NCBI GenBank assembly: GCA_965223265.1 | Contig: OZ244999.1 | Location: 1,152,001 to 1,216,000, forward strand | DNA from: Planctomycetota bacterium | GTDB lineage: Bacteria > Planctomycetota > UBA8108 > SXIK01 | Direction of reading: 5' to 3' | Length of the DNA stretch: 64,000 bases | Shown: positions 49,053 to 58,435 of the stretch, one piece after another | Position numbering within the stretch: position 1 is the stretch's first letter | Layout: each line of letters begins with the position of its first letter | The notes under the pieces: model-generated | Seen by the model: the letters and a program-made list of their open reading frames with translations, nothing else | Told to the model about the DNA's origin: nothing | Database searches by the model: none | Translations under genes and position numbers: made by a program

Positions 49053-49480
49053 CTTCGTACTTATAGACGCGAGATCCTCGCCGCCGCAGCGCAGGAAAAC
49101 GTGATCGGATTTGCTCTTCAGTGACTTGCTCCAGTGCGGCGGAAACGCGGGCCACGTCGATCGGTTGCTGGTACGCAACTGGATCGATCGTCCGGTGCCG
49201 AACTTCCTTGCCGCCGAATACAGCATCTGCAAGCGGTGACGGACCACCCCGTAGTTCACCCGTCAACAGAAAGTGGAGAGCTTGCCAATCCGCGCCCACA
49301 TCGACTGCACGCGCGTGCTCAGCTTCCTCTCCATCGGGAAAGAGAAAGTCTACGATCGACGACGGGTCGTCCAGAAGAGACTCCAGCTGAGTCGCGGGTA
49401 TTGCGACTAGGTTCACGTACATCGTCATCGATCACTCTCCGAAGGGGCTCATCTCGACATCCGGCGTCGAGTCACTCGTG

Positions 49481-50308
49481 CTATGCTCTCGCCACGAGCA
49501 CGAACAGTTCTCCGTCGCTTTCTGAACCATCGCCGGTGAGTGCCGCGTGGCGCTCGACGTTCTCGAGTCCGACCTCACGCAGAAGCGCGGTGTAATCGGA
49601 ATCTGAGTACGCTTGTAGCGTGTCGACGTAGCTGGCGTCGCATCCGATCACGAAGTGCTGCTCGGTAGCGGCACGGCACTCAGGGTGCCACAAGCAGGTT
49701 CGGAGACAAAGGTGGGGTTCGTCCGCGAAGACGCTCCGTAGGGACGTGAACCAACGATCACTCCGTTCGCCCACCGAGCGTACATATTCTTCTGAGTGAA
49801 CTTCCAACACCAACACGCCCGAGGGCGCCAGCGCACGCCGAGCACGAATCAGGATCTCCTTAGCGTCTCGAGGTGAAAACGTGTTCAGCTCCCCGAAACA
49901 GAAAAGGACCAAGTGAAAGCCAGCGCCGAAGTCGGACTGACGCAGATCTTCGAGGCGGTACTCGCATGGGAGAGATAGCCTCTTTGCCTTGGATTCAGCG
50001 TATGCAATCGCAGCGGGAGAGAAATCAATTCCAACGCACGTGTGCCCGTGTCGGGCGAGACCGGTGGTGTAGAAACCGGGCCCACAGCCAAGGTCCAAGA
50101 CATGTCCCGAACTGCCATCGAGAATCGTCTGATGGAGCCACGAGACATGTCGGTCGATGGTTTCCAACGGACGGCTGGCACGATCATGTTGCTGCGAGAG
50201 GTGCTCGCGGAGCATGCGGGCACTGAAGTCGGCATCGTGCCACGGGATCTTCCCGTCGTCGGCCCACGGGACTACAGGTGTTCTGGCAATCAAGTCGGCA
50301 AGATTCAC
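49481..50308 (-). CDS. Class I SAM-dependent methyltransferase
   Basis: KIPWHDADFSARML.EHL, VLDLGCGPG and GIDFSP. The start is uncertain. Confidence 0.88.
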   Translation of the reverse strand: MNLADLIARTPVVPWADDGKIPWHDADFSARMLREHLSQQHDRASRPLETIDRHVSWLHQTILDGSSGHVLDLGCGPGFYTTGLARHGHTCVGIDFSPAAIAYAESKAKRLSLPCEYRLEDLRQSDFGAGFHLVLFCFGELNTFSPRDAKEILIRARRALAPSGVLVLEVHSEEYVRSVGERSDRWFTSLRSVFADEPHLCLRTCLWHPECRAATEQHFVIGCDASYVDTLQAYSDSDYTALLREVGLENVERHAALTGDGSESDGELFVLVARA

Positions 50309-50455
50309 AAGGGCTATTCTCCCAGACGACGGTTCGCCGTCCAGCGAGCGGATCGGCAACTCGAAGACCACACGGGATCACCTGATTCACTTCCAACAGC
50401 ATAGGTCAGAACCCGGTTTCCTCGATACAGTCGCCGTAAAGGTTTCACATAACAC

Positions 50456-50501
50456 TTGTATCTACGATAAACATCGTAGATACTACGACGAACATCGTAG
50501 A
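50456..50501 (+). promoter_or_regulatory. Tandem palindromic BlaI-type operators overlapping a probable sigma-70 promoter
   Basis: TCTACGAT-AAAC-ATCGTAGA (50461-50480) and ACTACGAC-GAAC-ATCGTAGA (50482-50501). TTGTAT-17 bp-GATACT overlaps them. Confidence 0.75.
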
Positions 50502-50531
50502 AACGGTGAGCCCTATGTCCGGAGAGTTGGC

Positions 50532-50915
50532 ATGGTTAAGCGCGTTCCTCCACGTCCCACCAAAGCTGAGTTGGCTATCTTAAGCGTCCTTTGGGAGCAT
50601 GGCCCGAGCACTGTCCGTCAGGTGCATGAGGAGCTGCGTCGATCCCAGCCCACGGGATACACGACGACGCTCAAGCAAATGCAGGTGATGGCGGAGAAGG
50701 GCCTTTTGTCACGCGGCGAGGCAGGTCGGGCGCATGTGTACCGCCCGACCCGCACGGAAGAGCGAACCTTACGCGCGGTGACGCGCGACCTGTTGCAGCG
50801 AGCTTATCGCGGGTCTGCGGAGAAGCTGGTGTTGCATGCTCTTCAGGCGAAGAAAGTTTCGTCCGACGAGCTCGCGAAGATTCGCCAGCTGCTCGATGAG
50901 TTGGAGAATCGCTAA
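50532..50915 (+). CDS. BlaI/MecI/CopY-family repressor
   Basis: PTKAELAILSVLWEHGPSTVRQV, GYTTTLKQMQVMAEKG and RAHVY. Confidence 0.93.
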   Translation: MVKRVPPRPTKAELAILSVLWEHGPSTVRQVHEELRRSQPTGYTTTLKQMQVMAEKGLLSRGEAGRAHVYRPTRTEERTLRAVTRDLLQRAYRGSAEKLVLHALQAKKVSSDELAKIRQLLDELENR

Positions 50916-53900
50916 TGGGGGAACTTCACGATCTTCTCTCTCGACCGGTTTTCCAGCGTGTCGGCTGGGCACTCGTTCACTTCCTGTGGCAGGGAGCGGT
51001 ACTGGGATCCCTGGTGGCGTTTGGACTGCTGTGTCTTCGGCAACGGTCGGCGAACTTGCGCTATCTTGTAGCTTGCGCGGGATTGCTGGTGGCGGCCGTC
51101 TGTCCCGTCGTCACGATGATGTGCGTCGATCCTCGGCCTGCTCCAGCGAATGTCGAGGAGCTACCGCTACCGATCGCAGGGAGCGATCCGTTCGGGGAGC
51201 CGTTTAGCCTCACAACCGTAGGGGGGCGGTCTTCAGTCGTTCGGTCGAAGGAAACTTCGGTGGAACCTCAACCCGGCCTCTCGCCCTCGGCGCCGGTGCC
51301 GACCCATTCCGCCGCGGCGACTCCTCCGCCGCGGAAAGATTGGCGCCTAGCCATCGACAGGGTCCTCCGCACGAATCTCCCGTGGTTTGTCGTTGTGTGG
51401 TTTCTAGGGGTCCTCGTGCTCGCGGTGCGTTTACTCGCGGGATGGTTGGAGATTCGGCGCATTGCGCGCACCGCTACGCTGACTGGGTGCGAACCTTGGC
51501 TACCGGTCGTCCGACGGTTGTCCAAGCAGCTCGGTGTTAGCCGTCCCGTCCGCCTGGTGAAGACGACGGCTGCCGCTGTGCCCATGGTGGTGGGGTGGTT
51601 GCGTCCGGTGATTTTGCTTCCGGTAGCCGTTCTCTCAGGACTTGCGCCGACGCAGTTGGAACTCATCCTCGCACATGAATTGGCGCACGTGCGCCGCCAC
51701 GACTACGTAGTGAACTTGCTGCAGGTGGTGATGGAGACGCTGCTTTTTTATCACCCCGCCGTGCACTGGTTGTCGCGGCAGATTCGCATCGAGCGCGAAA
51801 ATTGTTGTGACGATGTGGCCGTAGCGGCATGCGGCAGCGCGAAGGGTTACGCTCGCGCCCTGGCCGAACTCGCCGATTTGGCTTCTAACGGCGCCGAACC
51901 GAACACCGGGGCTGCGGTCGCAGCCACCGACGGATCGCTTCTCGATCGCACCCGACGCCTACTTGGGTTGCGGGCAGACGATCGCAAGACAAGGGTGTGG
52001 CGCGGCGCCGGCGCTGTGGCTTTGCTTCTCGTCAGTGTGCTCGTCGCCGGAATCGTATTGACCGCCGAAGGCGAGGGTGTTCCGGGACGCGTCTCGGGAG
52101 ATCCGTCAACGATCATCTTGCAGGGCGTGCGTGCCGACGGCGACGCCCAGCTGTATGACCCAGGCGGAATGCCGATCGAGGCGCGGCGCGATGTCTGGTC
52201 CGGGCCGGTGATCTTCGCACCGTCGAGCTGGGACGTCGACGAACAGCGACGGGATTTCTTGTTCCAGGTCTCCACGAGCGACGAACCGATTTCTTTTCTG
52301 CCCTGGGCACGAGTCTACGCTGCGGGAACCGAGTCGCGTGTCGGCGGCGGTTGGCGACCACAATTTGGCGCTGGCGACGGCGGTGCCAAGATGGTGCTTC
52401 CATGCATCATCGATCGAACGTTCACGAAGCGCATCGCGACGATTCCTCTTCGGGGCGAGTCCGTTGACGTCGAGGTTCCGGTCCAGCGGGTCGATGTGAC
52501 CCTGCGCTACTATCAAGGCCCACCCGACCCAGCCGCTATTCGGTTCGCGGGGCCTTTTCGCGCAGGGGTCGTGACACGGCCGGTAGATGGATCGGCCTAC
52601 GAGTTCACGCCCCAGCCGCAGCGACCCTGGATGGACAAATCGGTGAGGTTTCACCTCTCTACGAAGCTAGCATTCGATTCCAAAACGGTGGTGCTCGTCT
52701 ACGATACGTCCGGTCAGCGCCATCTCCTAGAATCAGCTGGTGGTAGTTTCGGGGATCGAGGTGCAGAGTGCGGCTTCAAAACGGAAGAGCTGCCTCTGGA
52801 CAGTATCGCGTTCGTCACCATCGGGGAGGAGCCGCGCGAGAGGACGTTTCATGATGTCGTGATCACGTACTCGGATCGACCGGCGTCCGAGTTTGCTCCG
52901 CACCTCGAGGCAATGGCCGAGCGCCTTGGTCGGACGAATCTCACCGCACAGCAGCTGGCCGAGAATGAAATTCGATCCGCGCGGGAGGCGCTCCAAGTGA
53001 TCGACCTCGTCCGCGGGTCAGAGATCTGGCACTCGGCGCAGACCATTCTCAATCCGCACGGGATCGACCTCGACAACCTGGAGCCCGAGGTGGAGGAACG
53101 CCTCCGTCGCACGTGTCGGGCTTGGCTGCAAGCGGACGATCCGGTCGTACGTAGCTGCGGAGTCGCGATCGGACTACGAAGGAATTGGCCTGAGTTCGTT
53201 GCTCCTGCGGTGGAGCTCTTGCGTCACCCGAGCGAACGGGCCCGCGGCAAATCAGCCGAGGAGCTCTACCGCTACAGGCAGCCACTGGCTGCGGAGGAAA
53301 TCTGCGAACTTGCTGACGTCCTCCTGGCGAACAAGGACCCGCAGGTGCACGGGCCCGCCCTGCGCCACCTGTTGTCTCGGAAGACGCCCGCGTCCACTGC
53401 CGCTTGCTGGGAACTAGCGCGAACCGCCGACCACCAAGCCTGGTTGTGGTTGCCAGCGATCCGGAAACTGAATTCCTGGGGTGAGCTGAAGAAAGCGCCG
53501 CTCAGCGAGCAGCTGCGAATCCGGCGCGATTTGGCGTTCCGAGTCAACAGCTCCGAATCGCTCGGAGATGAGAAAACTCGCGCGTTACTCCTCAAGCTTC
53601 TGACACCCGATTTGCAGGCTATCGACCAGAGCGTGTGGAGCAGTATCCTTCACGTCGCTGTTCAAGAAATCGATCGAAAGCGCGTGACCGCCGCGATGAT
53701 CGACTTCTTGCGCGGTGTCACAAACTACAAGCGCGCCTGGCGGGCTATCGATCGAATTGCTCGACAGATCAACCTGTGGCATGACGTCGACATCGGTCAT
53801 CTCGGAAAGGATGTCTCCAGGGAGACCTTGGATCTGAACCTGCCGTGGCCGACGATCGCGGCCGACGCGGTTCAATGGTACGAGACCGCACCTCGCCCGG

Positions 53901-53986
53901 ACGAGGCTGGCGCGCATCGCACCGGCGGACAAAGGGGTCGTCGCGGAGATACGGCTTCGCCTCCTCGAGGCAGCGTTAAAGAGTGA
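50915..53986 (+). CDS. BlaR1/M56-family peptidase with a large extracytoplasmic C-terminal region
   Basis: GWALVHFLWQG, GWLRPVILLP, HELAHVRRHD and ERENCCDD. TAATG coupling to blaI. Confidence 0.92.
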   Translation: MGELHDLLSRPVFQRVGWALVHFLWQGAVLGSLVAFGLLCLRQRSANLRYLVACAGLLVAAVCPVVTMMCVDPRPAPANVEELPLPIAGSDPFGEPFSLTTVGGRSSVVRSKETSVEPQPGLSPSAPVPTHSAAATPPPRKDWRLAIDRVLRTNLPWFVVVWFLGVLVLAVRLLAGWLEIRRIARTATLTGCEPWLPVVRRLSKQLGVSRPVRLVKTTAAAVPMVVGWLRPVILLPVAVLSGLAPTQLELILAHELAHVRRHDYVVNLLQVVMETLLFYHPAVHWLSRQIRIERENCCDDVAVAACGSAKGYARALAELADLASNGAEPNTGAAVAATDGSLLDRTRRLLGLRADDRKTRVWRGAGAVALLLVSVLVAGIVLTAEGEGVPGRVSGDPSTIILQGVRADGDAQLYDPGGMPIEARRDVWSGPVIFAPSSWDVDEQRRDFLFQVSTSDEPISFLPWARVYAAGTESRVGGGWRPQFGAGDGGAKMVLPCIIDRTFTKRIATIPLRGESVDVEVPVQRVDVTLRYYQGPPDPAAIRFAGPFRAGVVTRPVDGSAYEFTPQPQRPWMDKSVRFHLSTKLAFDSKTVVLVYDTSGQRHLLESAGGSFGDRGAECGFKTEELPLDSIAFVTIGEEPRERTFHDVVITYSDRPASEFAPHLEAMAERLGRTNLTAQQLAENEIRSAREALQVIDLVRGSEIWHSAQTILNPHGIDLDNLEPEVEERLRRTCRAWLQADDPVVRSCGVAIGLRRNWPEFVAPAVELLRHPSERARGKSAEELYRYRQPLAAEEICELADVLLANKDPQVHGPALRHLLSRKTPASTAACWELARTADHQAWLWLPAIRKLNSWGELKKAPLSEQLRIRRDLAFRVNSSESLGDEKTRALLLKLLTPDLQAIDQSVWSSILHVAVQEIDRKRVTAAMIDFLRGVTNYKRAWRAIDRIARQINLWHDVDIGHLGKDVSRETLDLNLPWPTIAADAVQWYETAPRPDEAGAHRTGGQRGRRGDTASPPRGSVKE

Positions 53987-54050
53987 CAACCCACGGTAGG
54001 CCTCTATGGGCCATGGACGCATTGCGCGCCCCGTGGCTCCGTCCGCGCAA

Positions 54051-55394
54051 TCAGCCGACGAGATCCAGACGGCCGGTGCTGTCTCCCAACTGGTCGGTGG
54101 GAGCGCCGACGCGGTCCAACATCGACAGGTAGAGGTTGGTCAGCGGTGTACCTTGTTCATAGCGCACGTGCCGACCCGTGTTGATGGTGCCGCCAGCGTT
54201 GCCCGCAACCAAAATCGGCAAGTCCATGGGATCGTGAGCGTTGCCATCACCGAAGGCGCATCCGTACAGGATCATCGAGTTGTCAAGCAACGTGGCGTCC
54301 GCTTCCTGGACTGACTTTAGCTTCTTGAGGAAGTACGCCAGGTTCGTCATGAAGTGGCGGTTGATGCGGCTGAGCTTGGCGTGCTTCTTCGTGTCGCCGA
54401 TGTGATGCGACAGGTTGTGGTGTCCCTCGGAAATGCCGATCTGCGGATAGGGCCGATTGTCACTGCCGTTACCGATCATGAACGAGATCGTGCGCGTCGA
54501 ATCCGTCTGAAACGCCAGCACCATCATGTCCATCATGAGGCGAACGTGTTCATCCGAATCCCCTGGCACACCAGCTGGGCGAATGGAATCGACACTGCTC
54601 TCGATTTCACCGGACTCTTCCAACTTCGCCACTCGGCGTTCGATCTCACGCACGGCATATAGGTACTCGTCCAGCTTGCGCCGGTCGTTGATTCCCAGGC
54701 GGCGGTGCAGAGCTCGGCCTTCCTCGGCGACGAAGTCCAGAAGGCTCTGTTTTCTCTGGTCGCGTTTGTAGCCGCTCTCACGCTCCTCTCGCTTGATGCG
54801 ATTGCCGAACAAGCGATCGAACACGGCTCGCGGGTTGACCGCCTTGGGCAGCGGCGATGTTTCGGTCCGCCACGAGATGTGCGTTGTGTACACGCAGCTG
54901 AACCCTGCGTCGCAGTCGCCCGAGTACTTGCTGGGGATACAGCCGAGCTCGAGCGACGGAAAGCGAGTGTGGTGGCCGATTTCGCGCGCGGCGACTTGGT
55001 CGACCGATACGCCGTTACGTAGATCCGTGCCCAAGGTCCGTCTCGGCAAAGTGCCCGTGAGAAACTGACCAACCGTGCAGGAGTGCCCACCGCAGCCTTG
55101 CGCCTTGGCAGTCGTCAGCGCCAGACCGCTGGGCAAAAAGATGTCCGACTTGAAAGCATCGAGCGGTTCAAGGATCGGAGGTAATTTGTCAAGGCGCCCT
55201 TCGTCCTGCGGTGTCCAGTGCGGCATGTGTTTGCCGTTCGGAGCAAAGACGAAAGCCATCCGGACCGGCGGCTTATCGTCGGAGGTCTTGGCCGCAGCGC
55301 GCGCAACGCGAGGCATCATACTCTCGAGGAGCGGAAGCGCCATCGCAGTGCCCAATCCCCGTAAGACGGCTCGCCGAGAGATTTGCTGATTCAC
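54051..55394 (-). CDS. DUF1552 protein (Tat-exported)
   Basis: SRRAVLRGLG..MALPLLESM, SVDQVAA, SLELG, AFQTDSTR and HHNLSHH. Confidence 0.92.
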   Translation of the reverse strand: MNQQISRRAVLRGLGTAMALPLLESMMPRVARAAAKTSDDKPPVRMAFVFAPNGKHMPHWTPQDEGRLDKLPPILEPLDAFKSDIFLPSGLALTTAKAQGCGGHSCTVGQFLTGTLPRRTLGTDLRNGVSVDQVAAREIGHHTRFPSLELGCIPSKYSGDCDAGFSCVYTTHISWRTETSPLPKAVNPRAVFDRLFGNRIKREERESGYKRDQRKQSLLDFVAEEGRALHRRLGINDRRKLDEYLYAVREIERRVAKLEESGEIESSVDSIRPAGVPGDSDEHVRLMMDMMVLAFQTDSTRTISFMIGNGSDNRPYPQIGISEGHHNLSHHIGDTKKHAKLSRINRHFMTNLAYFLKKLKSVQEADATLLDNSMILYGCAFGDGNAHDPMDLPILVAGNAGGTINTGRHVRYEQGTPLTNLYLSMLDRVGAPTDQLGDSTGRLDLVG

Positions 55395-58210
55395 GAGTCG
55401 CTCCTTTGCCGGCCACGGCGTTTTTGGAAGGGGGCGCTCTCTACGATCTCAGTAACGAGGATCGAAAACTTGTAGTCGTGTTCCGACAGCGTCTTTGAGA
55501 GCTGTTCTACGGTACAGCGGTCGAAGTACTCGAGCTCGCGGCCCAGCGCATAGCTTAGCATTTTTTCGACAAGACAGACAACGAACCTATCCCTGCGGTG
55601 TGTACTGAGGACGGTTTTGAGCTCCCCGGGACCCTGAAACGAATGCCCGTCCGGCAGCACGCCCGATGGGTCAATGGGGAACTTCCCCTCGTGCGTCCGC
55701 CAGCGTCCGATCGCATCGAAGTTCTCGAGCGCAAATCCGAGGCTGTCCATCTGCTCGTGACACACCGCGCACCTCGGGTTCTCACGGTGTTGCTCCATCC
55801 GCTTTCGTAGCGACTCAGATGTCGCAGACTTGCGGTCTTCCACAAGCTCTGACACACCGGGCGGCGGCGCCGGCGGCGGTGTTCCCAGGATGTTTTCCAT
55901 GATCCACTTGCCACGTTTCACCGGTGAAGTGCGATCCGGATTGGAGGTCAGGGTGAGCACGCTCGCCTGCGTGATGACACCGCCGCGGTGCGCTGCGCCA
56001 AGAGACACGCGCGCGAACTCGCTGCCGCGGAACTCGGGAAGGACGATGTCAGGACTACCCCCTTCGACGAGACCGGCGAGATCATAGTGACGCGCCAGAC
56101 GGTCGTTGACGAACGTGAAGTCTGCATCGATGAACTGCAAGACACTGCGATCTTCTTGCAGGATCGCCGCGAAGAATAGCTCCGATTCGGTCCTCATCGC
56201 CTGGCGGAGTTCGTCATCGAATTCCGGGAAGAGTTGTTGGTCGGGCGCGATCGTTTGCAGCTTCGGGAGCTGTAGCCAAACGTGCCCGCCGAAGTCTTCA
56301 ACGAGAGCCTGGGACTTCGGATCCTTGAGCATCCTGGCCACCTGGCTCTGGATGTTCTCTCGCAGTGTTTCCTGCCGCGCATGTTCGAGGAGCTCTTGGT
56401 CGGGCATGCTGCTCCACAGGAAGTAGCTCATACGTGTGGCGAGTTCGTACTCGTTCAGCGATCGCACGGCCGCGGGGTCGTTCGGCTTCGGGTCCGCTTC
56501 CACTTTGAACAGAAAGTGCGGTGAGACGAGGATGACCTGGAGCGCGAGTTCGATCGTCTCGTCGAAGCTGCTACCCTGCTCGTGCGCTCGGTCGACGACG
56601 AGCCGTAGAATCCGCTCCAGTTCCAAATCGGAGGCGGGGCGTCGAAAGGCTCGAAGCATCAGCTTCTCAATGATCTCGCGGGCCGCCTCTCCGCGGGACA
56701 CTTGTTCGTTCGGTCGCGTGACGAAGACTCGAGGAGAACCATCGCGTGCGCCGCGCTGATCGTTGGCGAGCGCCTTGCTCGCGATCTCTTCTGCTGCGTC
56801 GAGATAATTCTCCATCAGCAGCGGCGGGAGCGAGAGCGCATCGCCGGTGGCACCCGTGTCGTCGGCGGGGAAATCGTCGGCCGCCTTGAAGTCAACTCCC
56901 AGGAGATCGCGAACGGTATTCTTGTATTCGCTTCGCGTCAACCGGCGGAGGGGTTCATGCCCCGGGTCGCTTGGGCCGCTGCAGTCGAGCTCTGAGAGCG
57001 TTGAGTCGATCCACTGGGTGAGGAACTCGACTTCGGCGTCTTCGGGCTGTTTTTCGTCTTCGGGAGGCATGGCGCGAGCCACCAACTGGCCCCAGATGCG
57101 CTTCCACTCAGGGCGTCCCGTCGTCGTGACCTGTGAGAGATGCTCGAACCGATCGATGGCCAGATCTCCCGCCGGTGCCTCACCGCCATGACACTCGACG
57201 CAATAGGTCGCAAGCAGCGGCCGCACTTGAGTCTGAAACGCGATTTCTCTCTCGCTCAGTTCCTTCTCGACCTCGCTTGCTGAAGCTTCCGTCTTCTCCG
57301 CCCTCTTCGCGATCGGGTCTGATCCAGCTTGTCGCATGACCACCCGGAAACCGCGGCTTTGGTAGCGACGCACCGGCAGCACGTTGTAGCGGTACCTTGA
57401 GCGGCAATTCATCGCATCGCTTCCCCAACTGCCACCGCGGACGACGCGGTCGCTGCTGCCTGCCACGTCAAAAGGATCGTCCGTCGGTGAGCCTTTGTAG
57501 TAGTCTCCGTGGTACCAATCGCCACACCATTCCCAGACGTTTCCGTGCATGTCGAACAGGCCGAAAGCGTTTGGTTCGTAGGATCCCACCTCGGTCGGCC
57601 GTCCCACAAACGGCCCTTTGTCAGCGCCCGGCGAGGGAAACTGGCCGTTGAAGTTGGCCTGGGCCGATGACAGTGAGTTCCCAAAGTGAAAGACCGTCGT
57701 TGTGCCCGCGCGGCAGGCGTACTCCCACTCGGCCTCCGTCGGCAATCGGTAGACGCGCCCTTCTGTTTTCTCGCGCGGTAGGGATGACAGTTTCTTGCAA
57801 AAGGCATCTGCGTCTTCCCAGCGGATGTACTCGACAGGGAAGCGCTTCGTATCGAGGCCGACCACCTCCTCCGCTGCTCTGCCTTTCGCGGAGAAGTAAC
57901 TGGGGTTGACCCCCATGACTTTCTCGTACTCTTCCTGGGTGACTTCATAGACACCGATGTGGAAAGGCTCGGTGATGTTCACCCGGTGCTGAGGCTTCTC
58001 ATCGTCGTTGGCCTCCGCGTCGCTTTCGGGCGAACCCATGAGAAACTCGCCTGCCGGAATTGCGGCCAACTTCATACCGATCGAGTTTGTCATGATCGCC
58101 GCGGGCGTGATCGCAGGAGCCTCCTCCGCGCGTGCTGGATCGTGACAGACAGCGATCGACAGCGCGAACAGCGTCGCGGTGAGCCCTAGCGATCGACGGG
58201 TGTTGTTCAT
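55391..58210 (-). CDS. FGE/SUMF1-like domain fused to a planctomycete cytochrome (DUF1587/1595/1592/1588/1585) protein
   Basis: FLMGSP, YEVTQ, RLPTEAEWEYACRAG and DMHGNVWEW, then CVECH, RRLTRSEY, SYFLWSSMPD, TSPVKRGKW and CAVCH. Confidence 0.9.
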   Translation of the reverse strand: MNNTRRSLGLTATLFALSIAVCHDPARAEEAPAITPAAIMTNSIGMKLAAIPAGEFLMGSPESDAEANDDEKPQHRVNITEPFHIGVYEVTQEEYEKVMGVNPSYFSAKGRAAEEVVGLDTKRFPVEYIRWEDADAFCKKLSSLPREKTEGRVYRLPTEAEWEYACRAGTTTVFHFGNSLSSAQANFNGQFPSPGADKGPFVGRPTEVGSYEPNAFGLFDMHGNVWEWCGDWYHGDYYKGSPTDDPFDVAGSSDRVVRGGSWGSDAMNCRSRYRYNVLPVRRYQSRGFRVVMRQAGSDPIAKRAEKTEASASEVEKELSEREIAFQTQVRPLLATYCVECHGGEAPAGDLAIDRFEHLSQVTTTGRPEWKRIWGQLVARAMPPEDEKQPEDAEVEFLTQWIDSTLSELDCSGPSDPGHEPLRRLTRSEYKNTVRDLLGVDFKAADDFPADDTGATGDALSLPPLLMENYLDAAEEIASKALANDQRGARDGSPRVFVTRPNEQVSRGEAAREIIEKLMLRAFRRPASDLELERILRLVVDRAHEQGSSFDETIELALQVILVSPHFLFKVEADPKPNDPAAVRSLNEYELATRMSYFLWSSMPDQELLEHARQETLRENIQSQVARMLKDPKSQALVEDFGGHVWLQLPKLQTIAPDQQLFPEFDDELRQAMRTESELFFAAILQEDRSVLQFIDADFTFVNDRLARHYDLAGLVEGGSPDIVLPEFRGSEFARVSLGAAHRGGVITQASVLTLTSNPDRTSPVKRGKWIMENILGTPPPAPPPGVSELVEDRKSATSESLRKRMEQHRENPRCAVCHEQMDSLGFALENFDAIGRWRTHEGKFPIDPSGVLPDGHSFQGPGELKTVLSTHRRDRFVVCLVEKMLSYALGRELEYFDRCTVEQLSKTLSEHDYKFSILVTEIVESAPFQKRRGRQRSDS

Positions 58211-58435
58211 GGCCGGCTCCAGAGAAACGATGAAATCTCCGACCAGTATACCCAGGCTGCACGGGCAGGAGTATGCTGCTTCACGGCTTGAGCGTCGGCG
58301 TCCCGTTCCGTGCGTTGGCGTTTGGAATCTGGTGACGCGAAGCACTCCAGATCGCCCTGCCTCGACTGCACGGATTGCTCTCCTACCTCGCCTGCGAAGC
58401 CGCGCCGATCATCGTTTCGCTACTGTTGCCCAACA

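Larger units (their letters stand above)
47444..49428 (-). pseudogene. YfbM/DUF1877-family gene split by an IS
   Basis: The N-part ...WQALHFLLTG...RVYKYEG and the C-part YEGDESDDELEQLVELFGKLRTFYREA rejoin to 162 aa when the IS and one target copy are removed. Confidence 0.85.

Noticed and set aside
57333-57480. FGE/CLec domain as a diversity-generating retroelement target
   Set aside because: There is no template repeat differing at adenines and no reverse transcriptase in the window.
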